A DNA stretch of 63,900 bases, counting the filler, from Vicugna vicugna (taxonomy: Eukaryota), in NCBI GenBank assembly GCA_013265495.1. It is 78 parts of 77 records of this genome, joined end to end, with 100 filler letters (N's around TTAATTAATTAA, not from the genome) between each part and the next. Parts side by side here need not be neighbours in the genome. Positions count along the whole stretch, not along the records: positions 63,479 to 63,900 come from MU058431.1; 77 more parts are not named here. One strand, written 5' to 3'. Numbering within the stretch: the stretch's first letter is position 1; every line of letters starts with the position of its first letter. Below the pieces are notes generated by a model. It did not search any database. It was not told where the DNA came from and saw only the letters and a list, made by a program, of their open reading frames with translations. Shown here piece by piece: positions 63,379 to 63,900 of the stretch. The position numbers and the translations under genes are program-made.

Positions 63379-63900
63379 NNNNNNNNNNNNNNNNNNNNNN
63401 NNNNNNNNNNNNNNNNNNNNNNTTAATTAATTAANNNNNNNNNNNNNNNNNNNNNNNNNNNNNNNNNNNNNNNNNNNNTGCATTTACATGACTGTCTCCC
63501 TCTGTGTGGTCATAAGGTTCCTGGGCATGGTTCACCTACAGATCTGTCTTTATAGCTCCAAACATGGGACAATGCCCAGAAAATAGAATGTATTGAAATA
63601 AAGTTAAGTGGTTGGGAAAGTAGAGATAAAATTCATCTTAGAAGGGAAGATTAGGAGGTTGGGATATGTTGCTGAGGTGGTGCTGTAATATATCCGGGTC
63701 AAAATGCCCTCTGTTATAAGTCTAAGTAGAGAAGAGAAAGTAAAGACTCAAATCTCCAGAGGCAGAGCCAGTAATCTTTATCATAGCCCAGTGAGCGGCA
63801 GTCAGCACAAATGCTTACTTCCAAGTGGATGGGAAGCTGACCTAAATTCTCATTAGCCTGAAAGGTAGAATCATTACTGTTGCATTATTCAGAGCAGAGA

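Noticed and set aside
812..63434. Regularly interspaced palindromic TTAATTAATTAA as a CRISPR-like array
   Set aside because: Always flanked by exactly 44 N on each side; it is an assembly spacer in a mammalian sequence.

Overview
This window is not one locus. It is 78 small unplaced scaffolds (about 0.3-1.3 kb each) joined by 77 identical artificial 100-nt spacers (44 N + TTAATTAATTAA + 44 N), so adjacency across spacers has no biological meaning. The source is a mammal, almost certainly a camelid: Vic-1-type SINEs plus L1, MIR, L2, MLT1 and hAT relics. 34 of the 78 scaffolds are satellite DNA in five families, labelled here for convenience: A (AT-rich, ~248-bp monomers in a three-monomer higher-order repeat), B (249 bp), C (267 bp, GC/CpG-rich), D (~266 bp, strongly diverged monomer classes) and a heptamer satellite. 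One further scaffold holds a diverged ~160-bp GC-rich tandem repeat. The only gene I recognise is a disrupted 5' portion of HSFY. The most interesting signal is that A, B, C and D appear to be one superfamily descended from a single ~250-270-bp monomer. Two pairs of scaffolds are paralogous copies of unidentified exon-like sequence. Recurrent 27-33-bp perfect tandem duplications look like assembly artefacts. I found no intact protein-coding gene, RNA gene or CRISPR array, and no evidence for a new multi-gene system. All identities were counted by eye.
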